A stretch of 64,000 bases of DNA from an uncultured virus (IMG/VR IMGVR_UViG_3300020049_005154) (IMGVR_UViG_3300020049_005154); one strand, 5' to 3'. Counted from the first letter of the stretch, positions 10,270 to 21,339 are shown. Program-made: numbers and translations. The notes: generated by a model not told the origin, from the sequence alone.

Positions 10270-11721
10270 TTAGTTTAGCACCAAGTCAAGTTCTTCATCG
10301 CCACCATCGCCATCAACCGAAACACCGCTACCACCACTCATATCAGATATGCCCTGCTTAAGCCCAGCAACCGCATACTGATACATAGGATCATTAGGGG
10401 CAATAGCCATAGCTGTAGCAACAAACTCTTCAGGGGTAAGGTCTTGATTATTCTGCCAAGCAGAGTACCAATTCTTAACAGCAGCAGGAATGGAATTCTG
10501 AATCTGCTTAAGCTTAGGCAGAGCTAGTTCAAGGGAGTCAGTCCTGATATTGCCCTTCTCGTCCATGTTTTCTGCGATAAGCCTAGCCGCAGAATCAGGA
10601 GAGATACCATACTTTTCAGCAATGCTATTAGCCGTAGCAGCAGGTGCGTTGAACTGCACAGGCTGAGGCTGTTTGAGATTAGCTACCTGAATGTTGGTAT
10701 CTCTGTTAATCAATTCCTGTATCACATTATTTACAGGTGGCGCTGGCACAGCCGCTTGTGCGGCAGCTATACGAATCTGCCTATCTCTATCTATTGCTTG
10801 CAAAGCTTCTTCAGCACCAGTGCGCCTAGCGTAATCACTGCTCTGAAGATCGCTCTGTAGGATACCTCTACGGAATCTTTCCATCTCCGTTTCAAACCCG
10901 GCATCGCTGACGCCCTGCACCATACGCCTATACAGGCCAGCGTTTCTACGCTCTTGGTCCAAAGCATCCTGGATACGGCTATCGTCTACTCTAGCGTTAT
11001 AGCCAGCATCTAGTTCCGCGGCCCTTTCAGGACTCATATCGGGGCCATAGATATTTGTCTCGTCTTCCGACGAATAGGCAACAGGACTACTAAACGGATC
11101 GGTAATATACTTGTTAAGGCTCATGGTGCCAATAACAGACATGCCCGGTTCGTGCGCCGACTGCATACTAGTAGCCGGAGCGGACGATATATTGAGTGCA
11201 GGGCCATTACCGCCACCATCTACAGGAATAGCAGGATTCTGAGAAGCTGCTACTTGTACGCTACCGGGATGCTGTTCGCTAACATCAACAGGAATAGGCG
11301 CCCTAGCTGCTTTAACTACTGGGGAATACTGCCTAGTGTCAGCAGCAATATCTGCCATCAGTCCTGCATCAGCAGCTTTACCGCCAAACAGCAAATTCCT
11401 ACCGGCATATTTAGCTCCAAGCAAAGCATCGCTTGGACCTTCAAACGCTGGGGCTATACCTGCTCCAACATTAGTTACTATATTGTCAAGCAGCCCCACA
11501 AAACCCTTATTGTTAGTAAAGGCGCCTAACACGTCGGGAGACCTATCGAAACTATGCGGAACTCCCCCCGGCCCTCCGGGGTAATTGTAAGGATCGTTCG
11601 AATCAAACTGAATACCGCTCTGCTGACGTAAACGCTTACGCCTTTCCTGCTCCGCCCTATCTTCAATATCTTGGGCAGGTATGCTTCCAATGTTGCCTAC
11701 GCGATTAGAGATTATGGGCAT
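10270..11721 (-). CDS. Putative internal virion/ejection protein
   Basis: 483 aa, low-complexity A/P/Q-rich; sits directly upstream of the largest virion gene, as in podovirus ejectosome trios. Confidence 0.5.
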   Translation of the reverse strand: MPIISNRVGNIGSIPAQDIEDRAEQERRKRLRQQSGIQFDSNDPYNYPGGPGGVPHSFDRSPDVLGAFTNNKGFVGLLDNIVTNVGAGIAPAFEGPSDALLGAKYAGRNLLFGGKAADAGLMADIAADTRQYSPVVKAARAPIPVDVSEQHPGSVQVAASQNPAIPVDGGGNGPALNISSAPATSMQSAHEPGMSVIGTMSLNKYITDPFSSPVAYSSEDETNIYGPDMSPERAAELDAGYNARVDDSRIQDALDQERRNAGLYRRMVQGVSDAGFETEMERFRRGILQSDLQSSDYARRTGAEEALQAIDRDRQIRIAAAQAAVPAPPVNNVIQELINRDTNIQVANLKQPQPVQFNAPAATANSIAEKYGISPDSAARLIAENMDEKGNIRTDSLELALPKLKQIQNSIPAAVKNWYSAWQNNQDLTPEEFVATAMAIAPNDPMYQYAVAGLKQGISDMSGGSGVSVDGDGGDEELDLVLN

Positions 11722-12404
11722 TAGTATCTCCTCATGCCTGCACTGTATCTAGGACCACTACCGCCAAACAGCCTAGAGTATGTATTACGCCTAGTACCTG
11801 ATGCTGTACCATACCTAGAACTCGGCTGACCTATAGGGCTAGCATAACCAGAACCGATACGATCTAGGTCAGTAGCAGTATTAATCTCAGATTCTAGCTG
11901 CATCTTATAGGGCAGTAGCGCAAGCTTCTCTTGCAACTTAAGCTGGTCACGGGCAAGATCATCCTGCCTACGACTAGACTCCATTTCAAATAGAGTCTTG
12001 GAAGCATCAAGCGCAGTACGGTCAGAAGATTCCAATGCACCAGCCTGAAACTTCTCTTCATCCGATAGCATGTTATCTCTGGCAGCTACGCCCCTAGCTC
12101 CACCTAGAACCCTAAGCAGTGCAGACCTAGCGCCACCACCGGCTGTACCTTGGCCCTGGCCTGTCCTAGCCATGTAGTCAGTACCGCCCTGTACACCAGC
12201 ACGATACACGTCAGCGTAAGTCCTGTTAGCACGGGCCTGTATAAGAGGATCAGAGGCTACCCTTTTGGTAGCCTCTGCGCCGTAATCCCTAGTCCTATAT
12301 TTGTCTTCGTAATCTTTATAGACTGACTTACGAAACTTTTCATCCTTGGTATTGTAATTACTACCACCCTTTAGGGTCTTAAGCACACTAGAGGTAGGAT
12401 ACAT
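11721..12404 (-). CDS. Putative internal virion/pilot protein
   Basis: Gly/Ala-rich 227-aa ORF, translationally coupled; first of the three ejection-type genes. Confidence 0.45.
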   Translation of the reverse strand: MYPTSSVLKTLKGGSNYNTKDEKFRKSVYKDYEDKYRTRDYGAEATKRVASDPLIQARANRTYADVYRAGVQGGTDYMARTGQGQGTAGGGARSALLRVLGGARGVAARDNMLSDEEKFQAGALESSDRTALDASKTLFEMESSRRQDDLARDQLKLQEKLALLPYKMQLESEINTATDLDRIGSGYASPIGQPSSRYGTASGTRRNTYSRLFGGSGPRYSAGMRRY

Positions 12405-12694
12405 TAGGGTACGGCTCCTTTGGCAGCTAACTGAGCGGCATCAATCACCAGTCGCCCCGATGCGTCGATATAGCCAGAAACGGACCTGCCCCTAGCGGAT
12501 TCCACAGTAGAAGCATCCCCTGAAACAGTCCACTGTAGCTGTTCATCCCCTGCTGCTGTCTTAACCTTGTTATAGCTAGCACTCACATCTTTAGTGCTGC
12601 TATACTTAACTTCTCCAGTAGCGGGGTTGTAGCTAACAGTAGTGCGAGCACAGCCGCACAGAATAACGCAGATGAAAACGATTAGAGACTTCAT
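12404..12694 (-). CDS. Lipoprotein (possible o-spanin or superinfection-exclusion protein)
   Basis: Probable start MKSLIVFICVILCG-C with a lipobox and SD AAGGA; the upstream part of the 148-aa ORF is a shadow frame. Confidence 0.7.
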   Translation of the reverse strand: MKSLIVFICVILCGCARTTVSYNPATGEVKYSSTKDVSASYNKVKTAAGDEQLQWTVSGDASTVESARGRSVSGYIDASGRLVIDAAQLAAKGAVP

Positions 12695-12710
12695 AGTAGT
12701 ATCCTTTAAG

Positions 12711-13364
12711 TTAGGGTGCTTTCTCTTTATGCCCGCTAAATGCGTGAATGTATCCAGAGCCGCCAGACTTCTGAATCTTAACATCGAAATCAGTACCGGC
12801 AAAGTCAAACGCAGTATCAACTCCAGTAGTAACATCAGAAGGATCGTCACCTACGAACGAAACAACCCACCTACCGTCAGTACCATTTATGTACACTACA
12901 CGGATTATTACATCCATCGTAAGAGAGCCATTGACAGCAGTGTGCGTAGCTACCGTAGACCCGTTGATAAAAACATCTGTCTGATCTGAGGTAGTCTGAG
13001 AAGTAACTACAGCCTTAACTAGAACTTCATCGCCTTGTGCAGCTAAAGTAGTCGCCGGTACAGTACCAGAAACGCCATCGTCCATGCTGGCACCAACTAC
13101 GTCCGTAAACAGCGTAGTATAGTCCTGATCGCCGCCAGCGGCAGCCCAAGTACCATCGCCCCTCCAAAACGTAGTAGAAGACGCACCAGTACCGGAATCA
13201 AGGTTAGTAACAGGAAGATTACCGGATACATCTGAAGCTAAGGCAACTGCCCCAAACGTAGGAGCACCACCTGCATTGCCGTGGAGGCCGTATGGGTCCT
13301 TCTTCTTCTCGCTGCGCATCTTGCGCCACGCGGACACAAGGCTGGAACTGGCGACTCCGGGCAT
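12711..13364 (-). CDS. Orphaned tail-fibre C-terminal module fused to a new short N-terminus
   Basis: SD GAGGAG precedes ATG 13364 (MPGVASS...KKKDPYG), which runs in frame into [14 protein letters not shown]...[24 protein letters not shown] repeats shared with the upstream fibre. Confidence 0.65.
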   Translation of the reverse strand: MPGVASSSLVSAWRKMRSEKKKDPYGLHGNAGGAPTFGAVALASDVSGNLPVTNLDSGTGASSTTFWRGDGTWAAAGGDQDYTTLFTDVVGASMDDGVSGTVPATTLAAQGDEVLVKAVVTSQTTSDQTDVFINGSTVATHTAVNGSLTMDVIIRVVYINGTDGRWVVSFVGDDPSDVTTGVDTAFDFAGTDFDVKIQKSGGSGYIHAFSGHKEKAP

Positions 13365-13464
13365 GGAAGCGGCTCCTCTGTTGACGCTGCGGGTGGATGC
13401 CACGGGGCACCGGGGTTGGTCGAGGGTTTCTCTGCGAGCGGCCGTCACGTTGGGTTGTCAAGGA

Positions 13465-15252
13465 TTATCCAGGCCGGAAATACTGCTCCTGCCACAGTCC
13501 AGAGGTGCTGTCGAAGATTAAGAGCCCCTGCGAATACTGCGTATAGGAGCGGGACGTGACGCCAGCGGCGAGCTTGATGTTGCTGCCCGCGAGAGTGGCA
13601 TTGTCCTGAATCACGACGCGGTTCGCTCCGATCTGCATAAGATACAATAACTGCCCATCGACACCATCAGGAATTGTTGGAGTCGAGGTCAGTGTGATAT
13701 TCCCCCCACTCGCGTTGTTCATCTTCACTCGGGGGGACGCATCGGGGTCAACATCGTCGCCCGCCGCTGTAATAGCCTGTGTGTTTGCAGTTACAATGCT
13801 GCGCTTGGAAGCTACCAAGTTATCAGAGAACGTGTGTGCGCCTGTCCAGGTAGGGACAATAGCTGGGTCGATTGCATTACGACTGTCCGATTTCTGCCAC
13901 GTCAAGGCAGAGCCATTTATAGCAGTCATGCCGATCAGCCCGGTTGGGGCTGCCGACGCTAGGCTATTTGTCAACGAGCCAGCGGACAGGGAAAGATTAG
14001 TGCCAACTGTAATCTCTTCCACAGCCCCCGTACTCGCAGTAGTACGGCCAAGGAGCCTAGCAGTATTCATCGTCATTCCGGCGCTCGTGTAGGCTCCTCC
14101 AACCGATGCGCCTGGAAGCGTGCCCGTCACGTCGGCGCTCAGGGACACCGCGCCGAACGTCGGTGCGCCTCCTGCGTTGCCGTGGAGCACAGTAGTAGTA
14201 GTACCTAGACTGCCCACAACCGTAGGCGCAGCACCAGCACCACCGCCTAGGACAAGACGATTAGCAGTAAGCGCAGCCGAAGAAGCCCAAGTAGAGGACG
14301 AAGAGAAGTACGGGATACCGCCGCTAGTACCAGCAACAGTCAAAGCAAGCGTTCCGGCAGTAGTAATAGGTGAACCGGAAACAGCAATAAGCCCACCAGT
14401 AAAGGTCTGGGCTACGCTAGTAACTGTACCGGAACCGCCAGAAGGTGTGGCCCAAGTACCATCTCCGCGCCAGAACGTAGTAGAGGATGCGCTAGTACCA
14501 GAGTTAAGGTTAGTTACAGGCAGGTTGCCCGTAACATCAGTACTAAGGTCTATGATGCCGTCAGAGCCGGACGCAAGAGCAATGTAGCCGTCACCGTCTG
14601 CCCAAATCTGAGACCTAGACCCCGTAAAAGCAGCCGGAGGAGTAATAGCTAAACTGGAGGGTCCGGGCCTAGTAATAGTAATATCTGAATGACTGTATGC
14701 AGTATTAGTATTTATACCGCCGCGCACAGTAAGCCCAGCGTTAGTTACCTCAGAATTAAGCCCCACAAGCCCAGGATCAGTAACCAGAAACGAAGGGGAG
14801 GACTTATTAATCTGCAAGTCTCCCGTAAGAGGATCATTAGTAGTATCAAGCCTAAGATATACACCATCAAGACTGGGCACTAAACCACCAAACAGATCAG
14901 ATGCGTCAATCTTCTTAACTACCGTATCCGTAAGGTTGATTAGCACATAATCAAATGTGGCTTCTTGGGCTACTGTATCTACCCTAAGAGTGCCCGGAAC
15001 CTGAATGGCGCTACCATCGGTAGTAATGTTAGCTACTACTGTACTGGAGCCATTCTCAAACTGCACATCTCCGGCAGAGCTAGTGCCAGATAGGCGGATA
15101 GAAGATGTCTCAGTGCCGCCACTAGACTTAACCTTAATAGCTCTAGTATCAGATGCTGAGAGGTTGCTGGATAGAGACAGTACAACGACTGCGACCAGAG
15201 TCGTTAGGGCTAGAGAGCCGCGTACCAATAACCTGCGCGTAGATGCAGCCAT
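13465..15252 (-). CDS. Tail fibre/receptor-binding protein with an apparent N-terminal signal peptide
   Basis: G/T/S-rich repeats ([26 protein letters not shown]). Start MAASTRRLL has GGAG 9 nt upstream. Confidence 0.8.
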   Translation of the reverse strand: MAASTRRLLVRGSLALTTLVAVVVLSLSSNLSASDTRAIKVKSSGGTETSSIRLSGTSSAGDVQFENGSSTVVANITTDGSAIQVPGTLRVDTVAQEATFDYVLINLTDTVVKKIDASDLFGGLVPSLDGVYLRLDTTNDPLTGDLQINKSSPSFLVTDPGLVGLNSEVTNAGLTVRGGINTNTAYSHSDITITRPGPSSLAITPPAAFTGSRSQIWADGDGYIALASGSDGIIDLSTDVTGNLPVTNLNSGTSASSTTFWRGDGTWATPSGGSGTVTSVAQTFTGGLIAVSGSPITTAGTLALTVAGTSGGIPYFSSSSTWASSAALTANRLVLGGGAGAAPTVVGSLGTTTTVLHGNAGGAPTFGAVSLSADVTGTLPGASVGGAYTSAGMTMNTARLLGRTTASTGAVEEITVGTNLSLSAGSLTNSLASAAPTGLIGMTAINGSALTWQKSDSRNAIDPAIVPTWTGAHTFSDNLVASKRSIVTANTQAITAAGDDVDPDASPRVKMNNASGGNITLTSTPTIPDGVDGQLLYLMQIGANRVVIQDNATLAGSNIKLAAGVTSRSYTQYSQGLLIFDSTSGLWQEQYFRPG

Positions 15253-15733
15253 TTTGAGGAACTCCATTAGCATTAGCTATTTTAGAATAGTCGTCTGTTA
15301 CATTGCCATTCAGGTACAGCCAAAACAAAGGTGTTGCGTTAGTACCATCTCCAGGATTAACTGATACTTCTGTATCGTTAGCTACTACTGTAAGATAAGC
15401 TCTATTGCCCACAAGCTTAGAAACAATATGAGTAGCTGCATTGCTGTCGGCAGAGGCTATCCCGTACTGAGCGCCATTGTCATAGTAGTATACTGCTTGA
15501 CCCTTCTTAGCCAGTATAGTGCCATTATTTACTACTAGAAATTGGTCATTGCCTTTCATTATCTCTTCAGCTTGAACTATCTGGTTTTCTAGTAGTCGCC
15601 GCATTTGCTCTAGCTTATTAATATGGTCAGCCCATTGTGTAGACTTACCTATCTCTGGCATGTTTATATCAGAACTAAAGGACAGCAGTACGCCAGTATG
15701 CCTAGGATTCTTTCGCTTAATCTCGTTAGCCAC
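15149..15733 (-). CDS. Putative tail/structural protein
   Basis: 194 aa: coiled coil followed by a beta-rich domain; lies between the nozzle-like gene and the fibre. Confidence 0.55.
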   Translation of the reverse strand: MANEIKRKNPRHTGVLLSFSSDINMPEIGKSTQWADHINKLEQMRRLLENQIVQAEEIMKGNDQFLVVNNGTILAKKGQAVYYYDNGAQYGIASADSNAATHIVSKLVGNRAYLTVVANDTEVSVNPGDGTNATPLFWLYLNGNVTDDYSKIANANGVPQNGCIYAQVIGTRLSSPNDSGRSRCTVSIQQPLSI

Positions 15734-18700
15734 CTAACTGCTCCCTGTAATAGACGTTAATTTCTACAACAGTAAGATGCGAGTTAGGGGGGTGAATGCC
15801 GCCAAAGATACCGGACTGAGTTACGTTCATCTCAGTGATAGTAACTAGCTGGTCAAACCTAAGCTCATCTGTAGTAGACCTAAGATATAGCTCATAGTCG
15901 AAAGCTATAGGAGTGTTAGGCGTACCTGCTGAGTTTCTAAGGATGAAGTAGTACGGCCACTGGAACGCAGACCCAGGCTGTAAGCCGTCACTAAGCTTAG
16001 CGTTGATCCTCTCGGCCCTAACGCTCTTATTCGGCGGGGCAGCTATCATAATAGGCAGCAGCAATCTCCATTGCCTAGCGCCAAAGATCACACCGTAAGA
16101 TACAGCAGGATCGTCAGATATTGTCCAAGTGTTCTCCGGCCTTAGCAGAAAAGCAACTTCGCCAGTAGAGCCTGCCGGGATAGGGCATCTAGATATAATT
16201 TCCGCTAACTCAAAGAATCCAGTAGAGTCTATCTTAGCTAGGAAGACACCTGATTGCAGGTATTGCTCCCAGCCAGACACATCGAAGTCTTCTTCGTCAA
16301 CAGAACTAAGCACAATTACTGGCTTGCTCAGAGAATCGTCAACGAAGAACTCTGCTGTAACGCTATCGAAATACAGGTTATGGTTGTTGATTCTGCCGTA
16401 AGTATAATTGTTGGGCTTGAACACAAACAAGAATCCACCTGCACCGGCTAGCATATGCTGCTTGCCATCAGACATCATTACAGAGCACATAGACTCTGCA
16501 TCGCCGTAGCCGTACAGCGTGGTCCATGTTTGCTTCTTAACATTATAAGCTAGCAGGTTATTCTGCCTAAGTCTAATGTCGCCCCAGACTACAGTTTTAG
16601 GATCAGTATTACCTGTACCGGAGGAGTCAATGACAATATCTGTTCGCATATTGTTCATGCGGAACGGCCTAGAGTCTAGCGCATAGCCTCCGAAGTACAT
16701 TACAGGCCCGTACTGATGTGAGTTATCTAGCGCACCATTAACATGTATAAACCCAGGAGAGTAGAACGTAGCAAACTTCTCTTGCTCTGAATCACGGCTA
16801 ATGAGGTTTACTGCGTTTAGATCAAACTGATAGATGCCCTCAGCACCCTGCCAATAGATGTTACTATACTCATCAGTAGCTAACGTAGGCGGACCAGCAT
16901 GGGTGTACCCGAACATACGCTTAGTAATCTGGCTAAACTCATTAGCAGTAACATCAAAGCCTACGGCATCCTCGAAAGTCTCAGGCTCTACAATGCTAAG
17001 ATTGATAATATAGATTTCATCCTTCTCACAGACAGCCGTTAGCTGGCCCTTGCAGAGCCCTACAGCGCGGATTCCTGCCCTCGAAATGATTGGCAGCCGC
17101 ATAGACGGAGCCGTACCCTCCCAATTGTCGGCGCGCCCTCCGCCAATGAATAGAGTCTGCTTGTCGGCTACCAGAGAGAACTGCCCATAGCCATTCTCGC
17201 CAGCCCAAGGGGATACCAGCCTAATCTTGTTAGTAGGATACCAGTTACCGTTAATGTAGGGGCTACCAGTATTAAGGCCATCAGCGAACCTATCTACTCT
17301 GATAATCTCACCTTCACCTTGGCCTTCTACTATAGCCCTATGGTTAATCATCCACCTATCTACTATGTTAGCCGCAGAATAGGTGCCATTAGGATTCTTG
17401 AAATAGAGAAACATACTATCAGACCATTTCTCTATCTGCCCAAATACCTGCTTCCTAAGCTCGGCTCTTAGTATGCTAGGATCGCTCGCAGCATTATACC
17501 TAAGAAGCGACCCCCTGATATTGGTAAGCTTAATTACTGCTGTGCCAGAAGAGTCTAGCACAGACAATATAGCCCTAAACTGCTCATAGCCTAGAAGCGG
17601 TATGTCAGTAAGCCCGCCAAACTCACTATACTGTGTACCGTCCGTGCGATACACGGTAAGGATTCTATTGTTAAGCGCAGCATATACTGTAGCGTAATCG
17701 GAAGGGTAGCCGTAGAATGTAATTTCCGGCAAAGAGTTGATAGCCAAAACAAATGGGTCAGTCTCTATCTGCTGCACCGGAGCGGTAGCAAAATAGACCT
17801 GATTAAGCATACTGGTGTAGTTATCAAACCCGGGCTGCCCCCACAAGATAAGCCTCTCTTGCTTACCATCATTGAGAGATAGCCCACCTATATGGCCGCC
17901 AAACGGCCTATTGTAAAACGGGAATATCTCAATATCGGACGCAGTAGTGCTGATGTCCCCATTGAAGATAATCTCTGTACCGTTAGTAGGCAGAGATTCA
18001 ATAGGCAGAGTAGAGACTACCCTGAAGCCGTCGCCTAGACTAGACTCCCGGATAAGCAACTGGATACAGTCATAATCCTCGTACTTAATATCGTCGGCAA
18101 GGAACCAGTATCCGTTAATGCCTATCTTATGGCTAGATAGCACCATGGAGTTATTATGTGCGAACCTAGCAGAGCCGCCTTCAGCTAACAGCTTAAAGTA
18201 TGCGTCTACTCCTGCTGTGCCAGCGCCCCAAGAAGAGCCATTGTATATCTTAATCTCGCCAACGAATGACCCAGCCTTGGTAGCCCAATCAACAGTACCA
18301 ACTAGATTAGCAGCAGACAGCACTAGCCAGTACGTACCGCCACTAGCTAGTGCGGCTACACCGTCAAAGATGAAAGTATAGTCAGCCCCGGTAGATACAT
18401 CTGTAAGGTCGGCTACACTAATCACCCTAGACGTATACATAGGGAACTGGGGGGAGCCGCCACTATCGTTATAGATACTAACCTTGATATTTCCGGTAGC
18501 CCCAGTAGACTTACGAAGTTTAAGCAGCGCAGCGCCGAATGTCTGCTCATTCTTAGACAGGGGCACAGCTAGGTTAGTAATAGTATTAGCCGTAGTAAAG
18601 CTCTGAGCTAGAAGCTGCTGAGTAGAAGTATTCAACGCCAGCCACGTATAGCTAGCAGAGGGTAGATTAGAAATCTCTACAGCAGGTGGCGGGTAGATAG

Positions 18701-19049
18701 GCGATATGTCAGAGTGCATACCATCCCTAGAGCGATACTTCCTAGCAGATAGTTGCACGTTGCCGCTAACACTACCGCCTGTATACAGCGTAGGCGACAG
18801 GTTATCTAGGCATGGCATAAACCCAGCGTAAGCCATGTAGGGCTTACCTAGGTCATCTGCGGGGGCTGAAGGGGAGGACTCTGGGCCTACCTTGTCCACC
18901 ACAATAGGGGCAAAAGTAGGAGTGCCGGTAACATGCCTACCTCTAACGGAGACATGATACGGGAAGAATTCAGTAGGCGCCTTGTCTAGTACAGCGCCAT
19001 TCTTATAGCCGTTAGGCTCTACTGCATTTGCCGGTAGGAAGTTGCTCAT
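15726..19049 (-). CDS. Large tail protein (nozzle/tail tubular B-like, beta-propeller-like C-terminal half)
   Basis: 1107 aa and beta-rich (IYWQGAEGIYQFD, LLAYNVKKQTWT); lies after the adaptor; contains an embedded AQSFTT...VSIYNDSGGSP...TYWLVL module. Confidence 0.6.
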   Translation of the reverse strand: MSNFLPANAVEPNGYKNGAVLDKAPTEFFPYHVSVRGRHVTGTPTFAPIVVDKVGPESSPSAPADDLGKPYMAYAGFMPCLDNLSPTLYTGGSVSGNVQLSARKYRSRDGMHSDISPIYPPPAVEISNLPSASYTWLALNTSTQQLLAQSFTTANTITNLAVPLSKNEQTFGAALLKLRKSTGATGNIKVSIYNDSGGSPQFPMYTSRVISVADLTDVSTGADYTFIFDGVAALASGGTYWLVLSAANLVGTVDWATKAGSFVGEIKIYNGSSWGAGTAGVDAYFKLLAEGGSARFAHNNSMVLSSHKIGINGYWFLADDIKYEDYDCIQLLIRESSLGDGFRVVSTLPIESLPTNGTEIIFNGDISTTASDIEIFPFYNRPFGGHIGGLSLNDGKQERLILWGQPGFDNYTSMLNQVYFATAPVQQIETDPFVLAINSLPEITFYGYPSDYATVYAALNNRILTVYRTDGTQYSEFGGLTDIPLLGYEQFRAILSVLDSSGTAVIKLTNIRGSLLRYNAASDPSILRAELRKQVFGQIEKWSDSMFLYFKNPNGTYSAANIVDRWMINHRAIVEGQGEGEIIRVDRFADGLNTGSPYINGNWYPTNKIRLVSPWAGENGYGQFSLVADKQTLFIGGGRADNWEGTAPSMRLPIISRAGIRAVGLCKGQLTAVCEKDEIYIINLSIVEPETFEDAVGFDVTANEFSQITKRMFGYTHAGPPTLATDEYSNIYWQGAEGIYQFDLNAVNLISRDSEQEKFATFYSPGFIHVNGALDNSHQYGPVMYFGGYALDSRPFRMNNMRTDIVIDSSGTGNTDPKTVVWGDIRLRQNNLLAYNVKKQTWTTLYGYGDAESMCSVMMSDGKQHMLAGAGGFLFVFKPNNYTYGRINNHNLYFDSVTAEFFVDDSLSKPVIVLSSVDEEDFDVSGWEQYLQSGVFLAKIDSTGFFELAEIISRCPIPAGSTGEVAFLLRPENTWTISDDPAVSYGVIFGARQWRLLLPIMIAAPPNKSVRAERINAKLSDGLQPGSAFQWPYYFILRNSAGTPNTPIAFDYELYLRSTTDELRFDQLVTITEMNVTQSGIFGGIHPPNSHLTVVEINVYYREQLGG

Positions 19050-19860
19050 TGACTGTTTCGCCTGTGCAGCAAGAATCTATAACAGCATGGCAGTTAGTAC
19101 ACTCTACATGCCCATGCACATCTAGAGGTCTTGTTACATGGCTACACCTAGGACAGATAACCACTTTCCTCATCCTATCCTGGGCCATAACTGAAGCCAG
19201 CCTAGCAAACTTATCTTGCTGCTCTTTGTATATCTTAGAAGAATTACCTGAGTGCCTTCTGTAATAGTACAGAATCCTTCGCACCCGTACAGGGTCAGAT
19301 AGCTCAGCTAGACGTAGGCATAGATCATAGTCCACCGCATACTTGAATAGATCATTCCACCCACCAACTGCATAGAACTTCTGCCTATCTACTAACCTGA
19401 AATGGTGCGTAATGAATCTCTCTAGTAGTCTACGGTAGCTGTAATCTTCCTTGCACCTAGACCCTACGCACCTGTATTCGCCATTATCTTCTATGTCTGC
19501 ATGATCGGTATAGACGAAAGATGCTTTAGGTTCTTTCTCTAGGGCAGCTACACAAAGCTTAATCGCGTCAGCGTGGAGTATGTCGTCATCATCTACTACC
19601 CCGATGTACTTGCCTGCCGCTAACGCACTAGCCTCGATAAGGGTATCCGTAATGCCTGAGTGCTTCTTCTTACAGAGCACTAGTCTCTTGTCTTCAGCAA
19701 ACTGCTCTGCTTCTTTGTACGTTTGATCCGTTGAACCATCATCCACTACAATTAACTGGATATTTGTATGGGTACTCCTAAGCACTGACCCTATAGCCAT
19801 AGCAATATACTTCTCTGCATTATATGCTGCCATAACTATAGAGACAAGTGCGTTACTCAT
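19012..19860 (-). CDS. Glycosyltransferase family 2 with a C-terminal Cys-rich tail
   Basis: VSIVMAAYNAEKYI, IVVDDGSTD, VDDDD (DxD), GGWN..AVDYDLCLRL and YYYRRH motifs; tail CPRC...HGHVECTNC..CC. Confidence 0.93.
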   Translation of the reverse strand: MSNALVSIVMAAYNAEKYIAMAIGSVLRSTHTNIQLIVVDDGSTDQTYKEAEQFAEDKRLVLCKKKHSGITDTLIEASALAAGKYIGVVDDDDILHADAIKLCVAALEKEPKASFVYTDHADIEDNGEYRCVGSRCKEDYSYRRLLERFITHHFRLVDRQKFYAVGGWNDLFKYAVDYDLCLRLAELSDPVRVRRILYYYRRHSGNSSKIYKEQQDKFARLASVMAQDRMRKVVICPRCSHVTRPLDVHGHVECTNCHAVIDSCCTGETVNEQLPTGKCSRA

Positions 19861-20350
19861 AGTGGCCTGAAATGTATGGAGTACCTGCCCTAGTTACAGG
19901 GGTCTTGCCGCCCCAAAGCTCCTGATACACTGACACTACATGCCCTTGATGCCCTAGAAATTCCCTAGGATTGGCTACGCCTGTAAAGATAGTTTGAGTA
20001 AGGATGTCATTGTTGCCGTTAGAAGTCCAAGCAAACATATTACCTTTAATGTCTGGAATGCTTAGGATAACTAACGTCATACTACCGGGCTGAGAGTTAA
20101 GGTGGTCTACCTCATGCGTAGTTAATTCGTCTGCGTCAGAAGTAGCTCCGCCAAAAGGAGCCCGCTGCAAATACCTACTAGTAACGAAATCGCTGCCACC
20201 AGCAGATATGATAGTATTTCTATCTCCATCCAATACTGGCCCGGCGTCGTAACCTTCAATACCTTTAAGAAACAAAGTATTCTTATTGTAAGGGGAGGCA
20301 TCGGAAGCTTCTCCTCTAAGTAACTTTACGTTTCTAAGTTTGAGAGGCAT
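19853..20350 (-). CDS. Hypothetical virion-module protein
   Basis: 165-aa ORF coupled within the late operon. Confidence 0.55.
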   Translation of the reverse strand: MPLKLRNVKLLRGEASDASPYNKNTLFLKGIEGYDAGPVLDGDRNTIISAGGSDFVTSRYLQRAPFGGATSDADELTTHEVDHLNSQPGSMTLVILSIPDIKGNMFAWTSNGNNDILTQTIFTGVANPREFLGHQGHVVSVYQELWGGKTPVTRAGTPYISGHYE

Positions 20351-21333
20351 TAGAGTAACCTGTCACCATAGCCACCCCAGCCGAACGTACCCATAAGCCC
20401 CATCGCGTCAGTCTCCATACCATCCACTACAGGCATAGACTGCGAAGGGTCTTCGGTACGTAGCCAGTTAAGCCACGCTTCACGATGCTGCTGATACTCT
20501 AGCATAGCTTTCTCAGCACCGTCAAGGTTCCTAATCTGGATAGCGGCCATATAGGCTAGGCAGGTGTAATGCTCAGCAGGGAACCAAGGGAGGATTTCAT
20601 ATGAGGATGTAGTCAGCGGCAGCGTAGACCAAGCGGCAGCATTAGGTGAATCAGCGGATGCTACTACCGATTCCGTAAGAGAGCTACCTACCATAGCCGA
20701 AGTACGAGCAAACTGATTAGCCCCCGTACCGGCATAGATATGGACTAGCTGAGATACGTAGATATTGGGAGTATCGTCAAAGAACCCATTGATAGGTGCT
20801 GTATTTAGGAAGAACTCTGTATCCACAACACTATTAGCAGATGGGTGTGCGTAGTGCAGGGAGGGCATATTACGAATGAACCACATCCTAACACGATTAG
20901 GAAGCGGCACGTTACCCTGGTTCAAGACATAGAAGGAAGCCCCTCTACGTTCATACCCGTAAGCGGCACATCCCCTGCTCCTAGCCTGAGCTAATCCCAA
21001 TCGCCTAACCGTGCGAGCGATAGTACGCTCTCTGCTATTAGGCGCAGCGTTGTTGTTATTAGGATAAGTAATACAAATAAACTGACCCCCATAAAGAGGG
21101 AAAGAGCTAGAAAGCAAGCCTGTAGTAGCATTAAGTACTGTCATATCCACATAGTCAAGTAACTCAGAGCGTTCATACTGATTGCCCTCATTAGTCATCT
21201 GGGCATAAGCTCTATTTATAGCAGACAGTACCTTAGAATGACCTAAGAGGCTAGTGCTCGTTACCGAAACACTAGCCTCTTGAAGTATCTGCGGTATTAA
21301 TGTAATGACCATGTAGGGCAGGGTCATAAACAT
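20350..21333 (-). CDS. Head-tail adaptor (tail tubular A-like)
   Basis: N-terminal helix (VLSAINRAYAQM) and C-terminal FPAEHYTCLAYMAA...YQQ pattern typical of adaptor proteins; position after the capsid genes. Confidence 0.6.
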   Translation of the reverse strand: MFMTLPYMVITLIPQILQEASVSVTSTSLLGHSKVLSAINRAYAQMTNEGNQYERSELLDYVDMTVLNATTGLLSSSFPLYGGQFICITYPNNNNAAPNSRERTIARTVRRLGLAQARSRGCAAYGYERRGASFYVLNQGNVPLPNRVRMWFIRNMPSLHYAHPSANSVVDTEFFLNTAPINGFFDDTPNIYVSQLVHIYAGTGANQFARTSAMVGSSLTESVVASADSPNAAAWSTLPLTTSSYEILPWFPAEHYTCLAYMAAIQIRNLDGAEKAMLEYQQHREAWLNWLRTEDPSQSMPVVDGMETDAMGLMGTFGWGGYGDRLL

Positions 21334-21339
21334 AGTAGG

